This document shows positions 20,180-29,544 of a DNA stretch of 64,000 bases, one piece after another. Numbering within the stretch: position 1 is the first letter of the stretch; every line of letters starts with the position of its first letter. The translations under genes were made by a program, and so were the position numbers. This DNA is from an uncultured Actinomycetes bacterium. GTDB taxonomy: Bacteria > Actinomycetota > Thermoleophilia > Gaiellales > JAICJC01. The stretch spans positions 4,541 to 68,540 of the forward strand of contig CAVPLP010000001.1 in assembly GCA_963706075.1 (NCBI GenBank), in the 5' to 3' direction. Below the pieces are notes generated by a model. It was not told where the DNA came from, did no database searches, and saw nothing but the letters and a program-made list of their open reading frames with translations.

Positions 20180-21077
20180 GCCTGCCTCCGTCACCGTTGG
20201 TCGAGAGTGGGACCCGCACCGTGATCGCGCCCGGCTCCACCGCGATCCGGTAGGCCTTGGCCTTGGTCCGCGCGCCGCCGTCGATCTCGTAGGGAACCTT
20301 GCGGTCGAGCTTGATCTTCACCTTGCCGGCCTGCGTGACCCGGAAGAACGGCGAGCGCTCCGGCCGGCCCGCGACGGTGCGCGCGACCGTGCGGGCCCAC
20401 TCGGCGAGGCCCTCGGCGGTGATGACCGCGATGTCCAGCCGGCCGTCGTCCGGCGCGGCATCGGCGAACACCTCGACGCCTCCGAAGAGCGCGCCGACGT
20501 TGCCGGCGAGCACGCAGCTGGCCGGTCCGTCGTACCAGGGCACACCGTCGACCTTGATCGACGCGTTGAAGGGCGGAGTGCGCATGCTCCTGGCGCCCGT
20601 CCAGATGTACGCCGCCCGGCCGAACCGATCCTTGAGCCCACCGTCGGCGCCGCCGATCATGTCGGCGTCGAAGCCCGCGCCGGCCATGACGGCGAACCGC
20701 TCGCCGTTCATGCTCGCGACGTCGATCGCCCGCTCGCGTCCCTCGAGCCCGGTGACGACCGCTCCCTCGATGTCCTTCGGAATGCCCAGGTTGGATGCGA
20801 GCAGATTCGCCGTCCCGGCGGGGACGATCGCCACCGTCGTGCCCGTCCCGGCGAGCGTGTCGATGCAGCGCTGCGCCATCCCGTCGCCGCCCCACACGAA
20901 GAAGTGGTCGGCTCCCTGCTCGAGCAGGCGCCGGACCTGCTTCGGCGCCTTGCGGCTCTTCGGCACCTCGGCCCAGAGCGGGCGCGTGACGCCGTGGCGG
21001 GCGAGCGTGCGGCGAAGCTCGGGCAGGCCGCCCTCGATGCTCTTGCCGGCGTGCGCGATGACTGCGATCCGGCTCAC
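20160..21077 (-). CDS. Diacylglycerol/lipid kinase (DagK/YegS family)
   Basis: The GTG at 21075-21077 follows GGGAGAG and overlaps the PAP2 stop (GTGA). Motifs: VWGGDGMAQ (the GGDG motif) and IVPAGTANLLA. 305 aa, intact. Confidence 0.85.
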   Translation of the reverse strand: MSRIAVIAHAGKSIEGGLPELRRTLARHGVTRPLWAEVPKSRKAPKQVRRLLEQGADHFFVWGGDGMAQRCIDTLAGTGTTVAIVPAGTANLLASNLGIPKDIEGAVVTGLEGRERAIDVASMNGERFAVMAGAGFDADMIGGADGGLKDRFGRAAYIWTGARSMRTPPFNASIKVDGVPWYDGPASCVLAGNVGALFGGVEVFADAAPDDGRLDIAVITAEGLAEWARTVARTVAGRPERSPFFRVTQAGKVKIKLDRKVPYEIDGGARTKAKAYRIAVEPGAITVRVPLSTNGDGGRHEHHPG

Positions 21078-21748
21078 GAGCCGCTCTCCCGTGCAGCAGC
21101 TCCCGCGGCCCGGGCGGCGGTCAGGGCGACGATCAGGCACCCGATGCCGACGAGGAGGCCCGCGGTCACGTCGGTCGGGTGGTGCATCCCCCGGTACATC
21201 CGGGCCAGCGCGACAAGCAGCGGGATCGCGACCGCGACGAGCCACACGATGGCCCGCGCCACGCGGCTTCGCACCCACGACGTGATGAGAAGCGCGATCC
21301 CGCAGTAGACCGCGACGGACGCCGCCGTGTGCCCGGAGTAGAAGCTGTCGCTCACCGGGAGGTCGTCCAGGCGGCGGACGTGCGGGCGCTGGCGATCGAT
21401 CGCGAGCGTCGCGACGCGGTAGGTCGCAGCCTCGACGGCGATGGCCGTGAGGATGAACGCGGCCACCCGCCACTTGCGGAGCACGACCGCGACGAGGGTG
21501 GTGACCGCCACGAGCACCGGGATGGCATAGACGTCGCCGATCCCGGAGAGCCAGAAGGAGATGTCGGTGCGAAGGCTCGTCCGGTGCTCCGCCAGCCACA
21601 CGTTCACGTGCTCGTCGCGGTGGCCGAAGCCGTGCTCGGGAAGCGCATACGTCTGGAGCGCCCAGCCGGCCAGGAGCGTCGCCGCCGCCAGCAGCGCGAA
21701 CCCAATGACGGTGACCACCAGGTAGGCCCGCACGGGGTGCCCGGCCAT
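21074..21748 (-). CDS. PAP2-family phosphatase
   Basis: ATG at 21746-21748. Three PAP2 motifs: IDRQRPHV, YSGHT, ARMYRGMHHPTDV. Multiple TM segments. Confidence 0.8.
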   Translation of the reverse strand: MAGHPVRAYLVVTVIGFALLAAATLLAGWALQTYALPEHGFGHRDEHVNVWLAEHRTSLRTDISFWLSGIGDVYAIPVLVAVTTLVAVVLRKWRVAAFILTAIAVEAATYRVATLAIDRQRPHVRRLDDLPVSDSFYSGHTAASVAVYCGIALLITSWVRSRVARAIVWLVAVAIPLLVALARMYRGMHHPTDVTAGLLVGIGCLIVALTAARAAGAAARESGS

Positions 21749-21876
21749 GCGCGCGGCCGATCCGCGACGAGACGCGCCGAGGCTCGAGGCGCGAGCGCCG
21801 AGTGGCGGCGCCGGCGGGCGCCTGGGTGTCTGCGTGCCCGTCCGCACGCGCAGTCTGTTGTTGGACAGCCACGATC

Positions 21877-22857
21877 ATGCAAGGTTTCCCGGATCGCGCC
21901 GCGGGCAAACTGGTTCGTGTGCCGGTGATCGTCCTGATACTGATCTCGACAGCGGCCGGGCTCGCCGCGTGGCGGTGCGCCGGCGCGGCGCTTCGCACGT
22001 GGTGGGGCCGTGCCCCGGCCGCCGCCGTCGCGGCGGAGGTCCGCGAGCACACGCCCGCCGGCCGGTTCGTCAGGAGCCGGCTCGATGCGGATGTCCTCAC
22101 CGGCCTCGCGCTGACGCTGGCGCTGGCGGCGACCGTGCTCGCGGGGACGGTCGTCGGCATCCTCGCGATCGCTGTCCGCCGGACCGACGCGCTCGCCCGC
22201 GTCGACTCCGCGGCGGCTCGATGGGCCCAGGCGAACGGCACCGAGACGACCCATCGCATCCTCCTCGAGATCTCGAACCTGGCATCGACCCCCGGCGTCC
22301 TCCTGATCGGCGTCGTGATCGGCGCGATCGAGTGGGCGCGCGTTCCCAGCCGCTTCATTCCGCCGTTCCTGATCGTCGTCACGTTGGGCGACTCGCTCGT
22401 CACGAACCTCGTGAAGGGGACGGTCGATCGTGCCCGTCCGACGATCGACCCGCTCGCGGCCACGCTCGGGCCGTCCTTCCCGAGCGGGCATTCGTCGACC
22501 GCCGCCGCGTTCTTCGCCGCGCTCGCGCTTCTCATGGGCCGGCGGCGCGACGACCGTCAGAAGGCCGTCCTGGTGGGGATCGCGGTCGGCCTCGCCGTCG
22601 CAGTTGCGTGCAGCCGTGTGCTCCTCGACCTGCACTGGCTGTCCGACGTCGTCGGCGGCCTCGCCCTGGGCTGGGGCTGGTTTGCGCTGTGCGCGGTGGC
22701 GTTCGGCGGCTGGCTGCTCAGGTTCGGGGCGCCGGTCGAGCCGGCGCGCTCGCCCGCGGCCCGTCCGCAAGCACCCGCGTGTGCAGCGGCTGGAGCGCGT
22801 CCGCGTCCTCCCCGACCTCGGAGCGGAAGATCGTCACCTCGGCCCGGCGGCCGTTGA
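21877..22857 (+). CDS. PAP2-family phosphatase (second copy, divergent)
   Basis: ATG at 21877. Motifs: KGTVDRARP, PSGHS, SRVLLDLHWLSDV. The Pro/Arg-rich tail overlaps the convergent PhoD-like gene by 140 nt, so the 3' end is doubtful. Confidence 0.75.
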   Translation: MQGFPDRAAGKLVRVPVIVLILISTAAGLAAWRCAGAALRTWWGRAPAAAVAAEVREHTPAGRFVRSRLDADVLTGLALTLALAATVLAGTVVGILAIAVRRTDALARVDSAAARWAQANGTETTHRILLEISNLASTPGVLLIGVVIGAIEWARVPSRFIPPFLIVVTLGDSLVTNLVKGTVDRARPTIDPLAATLGPSFPSGHSSTAAAFFAALALLMGRRRDDRQKAVLVGIAVGLAVAVACSRVLLDLHWLSDVVGGLALGWGWFALCAVAFGGWLLRFGAPVEPARSPAARPQAPACAAAGARPRPPRPRSGRSSPRPGGR

Positions 22858-24427
22858 GCTCGACGATGCCGATCGAGTTGTGAAACGTCGGCCCGGCCCG
22901 GTACCGCCAGCGCACGGTCGGCGGCCTCACCCCCGCCAGCCGGGCCAGCCCTCGCAGTGCGCCGGCGGCCACGGTCGTGCTCGTCAGGCCGACGATCCGT
23001 CGCTCCTTCGGGCCGAGCGGGTTACGGAAGGGCGAGCAGACGAGCTGATGGACGCGGCTGCGGGTGGTGTCCCGACGACCGAGTGACACCTCGGCGACGT
23101 AGGCGTTGTGGATGTCACCGCCCACGAGCGTCACGGATGCCGGCGGCGTTCTCCCGCGGGCGCCGCTCGCGACGTCCCGGAGCAGGTCGACCATCTGCGC
23201 GAACGAGGCCTGGAACGCCGGCCAGTGCTCCAGGTCGAGCGCGCGGCGGATGCGCTCGCCGACCAGCGCCGCCGGTCGCCCCCAGGCGCCGGCGCACACC
23301 GCCTCGTTCCACGCCTCGAGATAGTGGACGCCCGGGGACATGAACACCGGCAGGGTGCTCACGATCACCAGGTGGTCGAGGGCCTCGTGGCTCCGCTCGA
23401 CGATCCACTCCCATTCCTCCCGGTCCACCATGTCGCGGTGGTCGTCATCGAGCACACGGGCGGCCCGCGAGTCGACGACGACCACCCGCGACCGCCCGAA
23501 GTCCCGGCTGCACGCCCACCGCGAGGCCGCCGACTCGCGATCCGCATGCTCGGCGAACGCCTCCAGCTCCGGGCCGACGTCGCCGTCGGCGGCGATCGCC
23601 GTTCGGTACATCGGCTCCTCCTCCAGCTCGGGAGGCGCCAGGTTTCCGAGATGCTGATAGAGCCAGTAGGCCATGAACGCGCCGGTGATCCGCGCGTGCC
23701 ACCACGGCTTGGCGCGGGCGTCCTCGATCCACCGCCACGAGATGTTCCAGTCGTCGATGACGTCGTGGTCGTCGAAGATCATGAGGCTCGGGACGGTCGC
23801 GAGCAGCCAGCGGATGTCGGGGTCTGTCCACGCCTCGCGATAGAGACGGGTGTACTCCTCGAAGTCCGCAACCTCCTCGCCTGGAGGCTCCGACGTGTCA
23901 CGCCGGCTGCGGATGAACGCGGCCGTCTCGGGCGACACCTCGTCGGCGTAGACCTGGTCGCCACACAGGAGGAGCGCGTCGGGCCAGGGCTCGATGCCGG
24001 CCTGGAGCCGGCGCGAGTACGCCCACAGGGCATCGACCCCGAAGCCATGCTCGTCGTCGTCTGGCGGCAGCGTGTACGGCTCGCGCTGCGGGGCGCCGAC
24101 ACGGCACGAGCCGAACACGAGCCGTGCCGCGTCCTCACCTTCCCGGGTGTGGATGGTGCTGGCCGGGTGCCCGCCATCGGGCGGGGGCCAGACCCTCTCG
24201 CCGTCCAGCCGCACCTCGTAGCCGGTCACCGCACCCTCGGGCAGGTCCGTCAGCACCACGAGGGCGTAATGATGGCCGCGCACCTCGAACGTGCGGGCGA
24301 CGTGGCCGAGCACGTCGACGTCGCACGCGCGGTCCGTCTCGACCCATAGGGTCGCCTGGGTGCGCCCGACGTAGCGGAGCAGCGGGCCGAGAACGAGCGA
24401 CGGCGACACGTCAGCCCCGCCCGACAT
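22718..24427 (-). CDS. PhoD-like metallophosphatase with no signal peptide
   Basis: ATG at 24425-24427. Intact 569 aa. Motifs: LLCGDQVYADE and IFDDHDVIDDWN. There is no Tat/Sec leader at the N-terminus (MSGGADVSPSLVLGPLLRYVG). Confidence 0.75.
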   Translation of the reverse strand: MSGGADVSPSLVLGPLLRYVGRTQATLWVETDRACDVDVLGHVARTFEVRGHHYALVVLTDLPEGAVTGYEVRLDGERVWPPPDGGHPASTIHTREGEDAARLVFGSCRVGAPQREPYTLPPDDDEHGFGVDALWAYSRRLQAGIEPWPDALLLCGDQVYADEVSPETAAFIRSRRDTSEPPGEEVADFEEYTRLYREAWTDPDIRWLLATVPSLMIFDDHDVIDDWNISWRWIEDARAKPWWHARITGAFMAYWLYQHLGNLAPPELEEEPMYRTAIAADGDVGPELEAFAEHADRESAASRWACSRDFGRSRVVVVDSRAARVLDDDHRDMVDREEWEWIVERSHEALDHLVIVSTLPVFMSPGVHYLEAWNEAVCAGAWGRPAALVGERIRRALDLEHWPAFQASFAQMVDLLRDVASGARGRTPPASVTLVGGDIHNAYVAEVSLGRRDTTRSRVHQLVCSPFRNPLGPKERRIVGLTSTTVAAGALRGLARLAGVRPPTVRWRYRAGPTFHNSIGIVELNGRRAEVTIFRSEVGEDADALQPLHTRVLADGPRASAPARPAPRT

Positions 24428-24971
24428 GTGCCAGGACGAGGTCGAGTGGCGGCGGCACGCACGCCAGGTCAAGCGCCTCGACGAGCACGCGTCCGTAGTG
24501 GATCTTGCGACCGCTGTGGGTGCCCATGAAGCGCCGGAGCTGGCCCTCGATCGGGACGTCCCGCTGGGCCGGCTGGCGTTGGAACGTCCGAAACGACCTG
24601 AGCTCGCCCTGGGCGGCGACGACCTCCTCGACGGCCGGGGGGCCGAGCGACCGGATCAGCTCGTCCTCGAGATCCTGGACGCAGGCGTAGAAGCCGAGGC
24701 GCTCCATCTCGGGTCGCGTGAGATCCGAGCCCAGGCCCGCACGTTCGAGGCTCCGCCTGACGGCCGGCTCCTCTCCGGCGTCGTACAGGCCCGCAAGCCT
24801 GACGTCGAGCCCGCGCGGCCCGAACCGCTCGAGAAACCGCCCGATGGCCTGGGCGCCGCCGATCGGCTCGACGGCGACGCCCTCGGCCGCGAGGTCGCGG
24901 CCGCGCCGCTCGGCAAGCGCCTCGAGCGCGTTTCGGTCGCTCTCCCCCTCGACGAGGACGACGGCTCTCAT
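24411..24971 (-). CDS. Stand-alone Toprim (OLD-family type) domain protein
   Basis: ATG at 24969-24971 follows GGGGGGAG. 186 aa. Motifs: MRAVVLVEGESDRNALEAL and an acidic DLEDE motif. The 3' end overlaps the PhoD-like start by 17 nt. Confidence 0.7.
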   Translation of the reverse strand: MRAVVLVEGESDRNALEALAERRGRDLAAEGVAVEPIGGAQAIGRFLERFGPRGLDVRLAGLYDAGEEPAVRRSLERAGLGSDLTRPEMERLGFYACVQDLEDELIRSLGPPAVEEVVAAQGELRSFRTFQRQPAQRDVPIEGQLRRFMGTHSGRKIHYGRVLVEALDLACVPPPLDLVLAHVGRG

Positions 24972-25038
24972 GCTCCCCCCTGATTCCCCAACCGCCGAAG
25001 CTTCGCACGTCACGACGATCCTGCTTGAATGCCAGCGC

Positions 25039-25779
25039 ATGGCGACCTTCGACGATCCCGAGTTCTTCGGTGCGCACTGGGCCGGCATCTACGACGAGGG
25101 CGGCGAGCTCGACCCCGGCCCGGCCGTCGAGTTCCTGACCGGCCTGGCAGGAGGCGGGCGCGTCCTCGAGCTCGCCGTCGGCACGGGCCGCGTCGCCCTG
25201 CCGCTGGCGGCCCGCGGCGTTCCGGTCGAGGGCATCGAGGCGTCCGAGGCGATGGTCGACCGGCTGCGGGCGAAGCCGGGAGGCGACCGGATCCCCGTCG
25301 CGATCGGCGACATGGCCGACGTGGCGGTCACGGGGCCGTTCCAGCTCGTGTACCTCGTCTACAACACGCTCTACAACCTGCCGAACGCCGACCGCCAGGC
25401 CGAGTGCTTCCGGAACGTCGCTCGTGTGTTGGAGCCCGACGGCGCGTTCGTGCTCGAGTGCTTCGTGCTCGACCCGTCGCAGTACGACCGGGGCCAGCGG
25501 GTCGAGGCGCTCTCGGTCGAGGAGGACTCGGTCGTGCTCCAGGTGACGCGCCACGACGCGGCGGCGCAGCGGCTCTTCAAGCAGCACCTCGTCTTCGACG
25601 CCGAAGGCTTCCGCGGGTTCCCCGTGGCGCTTCGATACTGCTGGCCGAGCGAGCTCGACCTGATGGCGAGGCTGGCGGGCCTCGAGCTCGCCGAGCGATA
25701 CGCCGGATGGGACCGGAGCCCGTTCGGCTCGGGGAGCGAGAGCCACGTCTCGGTGTACCGGCCGAGCCGCCGGGGCTGA
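25039..25779 (+). CDS. Class I SAM-dependent methyltransferase
   Basis: ATG at 25039. Motif I VLELAVGTGRVALPLA and the acidic loop GIEASEAMV. 246 aa, intact. Confidence 0.8.
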   Translation: MATFDDPEFFGAHWAGIYDEGGELDPGPAVEFLTGLAGGGRVLELAVGTGRVALPLAARGVPVEGIEASEAMVDRLRAKPGGDRIPVAIGDMADVAVTGPFQLVYLVYNTLYNLPNADRQAECFRNVARVLEPDGAFVLECFVLDPSQYDRGQRVEALSVEEDSVVLQVTRHDAAAQRLFKQHLVFDAEGFRGFPVALRYCWPSELDLMARLAGLELAERYAGWDRSPFGSGSESHVSVYRPSRRG

Positions 25780-25782
25780 GGC

Positions 25783-27354
25783 GTGCAGTTCGAGACTCAG
25801 CAATATCTCCAGCTGTTCGCCGTGCTGGTGGCGCTGGGAGGGCTGCTCGCGCTCGCGCCGACGCTGCGGCTGCCGGTCCCGATCCTGCTCGTCTTCGGCG
25901 GTGTGGCGCTGGGCTTCGTGCCCGGGCTGCCGCACGTCGTGCTCGCGCCGGACGTCGTGCTGGTCGCAGTGCTCCCGCCGCTCCTCTACTCGGGCGCGTT
26001 CTTCACGTCGCTCCGCGACCTGCGGACGAACCGGCGGCCGATCGCGTTCCTCGCGCTCGGGCTCGTCGTGGCCACGATGGCCATCGTTGCGGTGGTCGCC
26101 CACGAGTGGATCGGGCTCTCGTGGGCCGTGGCGTTCACGCTGGGCGCGATCGTCTCGCCGACCGACGCCCTCGCGGCGACGGAGATCGCGTCGCGGCTCG
26201 GCGCTCCCCGGCGCGTCGTCTCGCTGATCGAGGGCGAGAGCCTGGTCAACGACGGGACGGCGCTCGTCCTCTACCGAGCGGCCCTTGGCGCGGCCATCGG
26301 GGGCACGTTCTCGCTGCTCCACACGTCGGCCCAGATCGTCGTCGACGTCGCCGGCGGGATCGCCGTCGGACTGGCGGTCGGCTGGGTCGTCCGCATGGTG
26401 CGCCGGCGCATCGACGACCCGCCGATCGAGGTCGCGATCGCCGTCCTGAGCGGCTACCTCGCGTACCTGCCCGCGGTCGCGATCGGCGTCTCGGGCGTGC
26501 TCGCCGCCGTCACGATCGGCGTCTACATGGGCTGGCACACCCCGGAGCTCACGAACGAGCGCACCCGCCTGACCGGCGACGCCTTCTGGGAGATCCTCGT
26601 GTTCCTGGTGAATGCGCTCCTGTTCGGGCTGGTCGGACTCCAGCTACGGAGCATCGTCGACGCCCTCTCGGGCACCCCCACCTCGCGGATCGTCGGCTAC
26701 TCGCTGCTCGTCTGCGCGACGGTGATGCTCGCGCGGATCGTGCTCGTCCCGATCTTCACGTACCTCCCGCGGTGGATGTTCCGCTCGATCCGCGAGCACG
26801 ATCCGTACCCGCCGTGGCAGTACCCCGTGCTCATCTCGTGGACAGGCATCCGCGGCGCGGTCTCGCTCGTCGCCGCGCTCGCGCTGCCGAGCGACTTCCC
26901 CCAGCGCGACCTCATCGTCTTTCTGACGTTCGCGGTCATCCTCGCGACGCTCGTCCTCCAGGGGCTCACGCTGCCCGGCCTGATCCGCGTCCTTGGAGTG
27001 AGCGACGACGGCGGCGCCGAGCGCGAGGAGGCCAAGGCACGCATCCGAACCGCCGAGGCCGCGCTCGCCCGGCTCGAGGAGCTCCTCGAGGAGGGGTCGG
27101 TGCATCCGCAGACCGCCGAGCGTCTACGGGGCTCGCTCGGATTCCGGCGCGACCGCTTCCTGGCGCGGTTCGACGACGGAGACGATGGGCACATCGAGGA
27201 GCGCTCCGCCGCCTACCAGGGCGTCATGCGCCAGCTCCTCGCGGCCGAGCACGCCGCGCTGCTGTCGCTCCGCAACGACGGCGTGATCGACGACAACGTG
27301 ATGCAGCGCGTGCAGCGCGATCTCGACCTCGAGGCCGCACGGCTCGATCAGTAG
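25783..27354 (+). CDS. Na+/H+ antiporter (CPA1/NhaP type)
   Basis: GTG at 25783. About 12 TM segments, SLIEGESLVNDGTALV, and a cytoplasmic helical C-terminal domain. 523 aa, intact. Confidence 0.85.
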   Translation: MQFETQQYLQLFAVLVALGGLLALAPTLRLPVPILLVFGGVALGFVPGLPHVVLAPDVVLVAVLPPLLYSGAFFTSLRDLRTNRRPIAFLALGLVVATMAIVAVVAHEWIGLSWAVAFTLGAIVSPTDALAATEIASRLGAPRRVVSLIEGESLVNDGTALVLYRAALGAAIGGTFSLLHTSAQIVVDVAGGIAVGLAVGWVVRMVRRRIDDPPIEVAIAVLSGYLAYLPAVAIGVSGVLAAVTIGVYMGWHTPELTNERTRLTGDAFWEILVFLVNALLFGLVGLQLRSIVDALSGTPTSRIVGYSLLVCATVMLARIVLVPIFTYLPRWMFRSIREHDPYPPWQYPVLISWTGIRGAVSLVAALALPSDFPQRDLIVFLTFAVILATLVLQGLTLPGLIRVLGVSDDGGAEREEAKARIRTAEAALARLEELLEEGSVHPQTAERLRGSLGFRRDRFLARFDDGDDGHIEERSAAYQGVMRQLLAAEHAALLSLRNDGVIDDNVMQRVQRDLDLEAARLDQ

Positions 27355-27378
27355 GCGGGTCGGTAGGGTTGGGCGGCC

Positions 27379-28803
27379 GTGACGATCGAGCGTGACGTCC
27401 TCGAGCTCCCAGCCGTCGATCAGGCGGCGCTCGTGCGGTCCGGCGAGCTCTCGGCACGCGAGCTGGTCGAGGCGTCACTGCGGGCGATCGAGCGCATGAA
27501 CCCCGTGCTGAACGCGTTCGTCCTCGTGTGCGCCGAGCGTGCCCTGGCCGAGGCGGATGCCGTACGCCCGGGCGATGCGCGCCCGCTCTGCGGGGTCCCG
27601 GTCGGGATCAAGGATCTGCTGTCGGCCACCGAGGGGATTCCGACCACGGAGGGAAGCGCGGCCTTCGGCGACTGGGTCGCCGACCACGACAGCGCCCACG
27701 TGCGCCGCCTCCGCGACGCGGGCGCGATCGTCGTCGGCAAGACGAACACGCCGGAGGTCGGCATGCGGCCGGTCACCGAGAACGCCCGGTACGGCGCGAC
27801 GCGGAACCCCTGGAACCCGGAGCTCTCGGCCGGTGGCTCGTCGGGCGGGAGCGCGTCCGCAGTCGCCTCGCGGATGGTCGCACTCGCCGACGCCAGCGAC
27901 CTCGGCGGGTCGATCCGCATCCCGGCGTCGTGCTGCGGCCTCGTCGGCCTGAAGCCCAGCCTCGGCCGGGTGTCGATCGGCCCGGACTTCGGCGACCTCG
28001 GCGGCGGCATGCCCATGGACTGCGTCCTCACCCGCACCGTGCTCGACACCGCCGTCGCCCTCGACGCGATCGCCGGGTATGAGCCGGGCGACCGCCACCA
28101 CGCCCCGGCTCCACCCGCCTCGTTCGCCGATGCTGCGCGCTCCAGCCCAGCTCGGCTGAGGGTGCGCCTCTGCCTGAGCGCCCCGTTCGGGATACCTGTC
28201 GACGCCGAGCCAGCCGCTGCGGCGCGCGCCGCCGCCGACGCCCTGGCGGCGCTCGGCCACGACGTCGGCGAGTGGACACCGCCCTGGGACGACGAGTCGT
28301 TCGCGTCGAGCTGGGCGACCTTCATGACCGGCACGGGACAGCATCTTGTGCGCGTCATCGAGCGCCTCCACGGGCAGCCGGTCGACGCGGCCCAGCTCGA
28401 GCCGGCGACACGGGCGTGGCTGCTCGAGGCACCGCCGATGCCGCTGGTCGACCACCTCGAGGCGGCCGAGCGCCTGTGGGCGTTCGGACGGCGGATGCAG
28501 GCCGGGTGGGCGCCCGACGAGATCCTGCTCACGCCGACGCTCACCCGGCTCCCCGCCCCGGTGGGCGGGATCAAGTCGCAGGCCGGCGTCACCGACGACG
28601 CGAGCCGGTTCAGCGCGCTCGTGCGGATCTGGAACGTCACCGGCCAGCCGGCGATCAGCCTCCCGCTGTCGCAGACCGGGGACGGCGTCCCCGTGGGCGT
28701 CCAGCTCGTCGGCGCGCACGGCCAGGATCATCTCCTCCTGAGCGTCGCCGCGCAGCTCGAGGCCGCCGTCGGATGGAAGCCGGCCGGGATGCCCACGGTG
28801 TAG
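27379..28803 (+). CDS. Amidase (amidase-signature family)
   Basis: Motifs: GVPVGIKDL, GKTNTPE, GGSSGGSASAVA, DLGGSIRIPA. 474 aa, intact. Confidence 0.9.
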   Translation: MTIERDVLELPAVDQAALVRSGELSARELVEASLRAIERMNPVLNAFVLVCAERALAEADAVRPGDARPLCGVPVGIKDLLSATEGIPTTEGSAAFGDWVADHDSAHVRRLRDAGAIVVGKTNTPEVGMRPVTENARYGATRNPWNPELSAGGSSGGSASAVASRMVALADASDLGGSIRIPASCCGLVGLKPSLGRVSIGPDFGDLGGGMPMDCVLTRTVLDTAVALDAIAGYEPGDRHHAPAPPASFADAARSSPARLRVRLCLSAPFGIPVDAEPAAAARAAADALAALGHDVGEWTPPWDDESFASSWATFMTGTGQHLVRVIERLHGQPVDAAQLEPATRAWLLEAPPMPLVDHLEAAERLWAFGRRMQAGWAPDEILLTPTLTRLPAPVGGIKSQAGVTDDASRFSALVRIWNVTGQPAISLPLSQTGDGVPVGVQLVGAHGQDHLLLSVAAQLEAAVGWKPAGMPTV

Positions 28804-28832
28804 CGTTGCCAGACATCAACCAGGAGGCCGGA

Positions 28833-29117
28833 ATGTCGCTTGCACGAGTTGTGTCCTTCGACGGCGTGACCGCAGAGCGGATCGAGGCGTTGAGGAAGGA
28901 GATCGGCGAGGGTGGGCGCCCGGAGGAGATCCCGGCGACCGAGATCCTCGTGTTGCACGACGCCGAGGGCGAGCGATCGCTCACGATCGTCTTCTTCGAC
29001 TCGGAGGACGACTACGCGCGCGGCGACGCGGCGCTGAACGCGATGTCGCCACCGGAGACGCCGGGCAAGCGCACCGGGGTCGAGAAGTACGAGGTGGCCA
29101 TTCGCATGACCACCTGA
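28833..29117 (+). CDS. Hypothetical 94-aa protein
   Basis: ATG at 28833 lies 6 nt after AGGAGG. The composition is balanced (MSLARVVSFDGVTAERIEALRKEIG..). No family recognised. Confidence 0.6.
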   Translation: MSLARVVSFDGVTAERIEALRKEIGEGGRPEEIPATEILVLHDAEGERSLTIVFFDSEDDYARGDAALNAMSPPETPGKRTGVEKYEVAIRMTT

Positions 29118-29127
29118 TCCAGGCCGG

Positions 29128-29463
29128 CTACCGCTTCGACGGGAGCGATCGGGCGTAGGCGGTGCCCCGCTCGACCCACGCTGCGAGCTCCTTGTCGGTG
29201 CTCACGTCGTCGGCGCCGACGCGGAGCCAGCCGCGCATCGACCGCCCGCGCATCTCCATGAGGCTCGCCGGCGTGGTGGCGACCAGCTCGTCTGACGCGT
29301 CGGGATCGACGCGCACGAGCACGCCGCCCTGCCCGCTCGCGGCGACGGCCATGTTCCCGCCGATCAGGAACGCGAGGCCGCCGAACATCTTCTGCTCTGT
29401 GAGGTTCGGCTCGTCGCCGACGAGGTCGCGGATGCGGCCGGCGAGCGCTTCGTCATAGCCCAT
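29128..29463 (-). CDS. TfoX/Sxy N-terminal-domain family protein
   Basis: ATG at 29461-29463. 111 aa. Typical TfoX_N features: EQKMFGGLAFLIGGNMAV and VLVRVDP. Confidence 0.7.
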   Translation of the reverse strand: MGYDEALAGRIRDLVGDEPNLTEQKMFGGLAFLIGGNMAVAASGQGGVLVRVDPDASDELVATTPASLMEMRGRSMRGWLRVGADDVSTDKELAAWVERGTAYARSLPSKR

Positions 29464-29544
29464 GCCGACACGGTACCCCAGCCGCGGGCCTCGAACCGTC
29501 GAGCACCGGGAGCCATCGGGCCGGCGGGGCCGGGCCCCATCGGT

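Noticed and set aside
24411-24971. Calling the Toprim gene part of a Gabija, PARIS or OLD defence system.
   Set aside because: There is no ABC/AAA ATPase domain or partner gene in the neighbourhood. The flanks are ordinary metabolic genes. It is kept only as a low-confidence hypothesis.
24469-26538. 689-aa minus-strand ORF, together with similar long ORFs at 9026..11455 (+), 12905..15223 (-), 60176..62452 (+), 42743..44104 (-) and 1446..3374 (+).
   Set aside because: Their composition is Arg/Pro/Gly/Asp-dominated and they have no family motifs. They lie antisense to, or out of frame with, well-supported genes. These are typical shadow ORFs of a high-GC genome.
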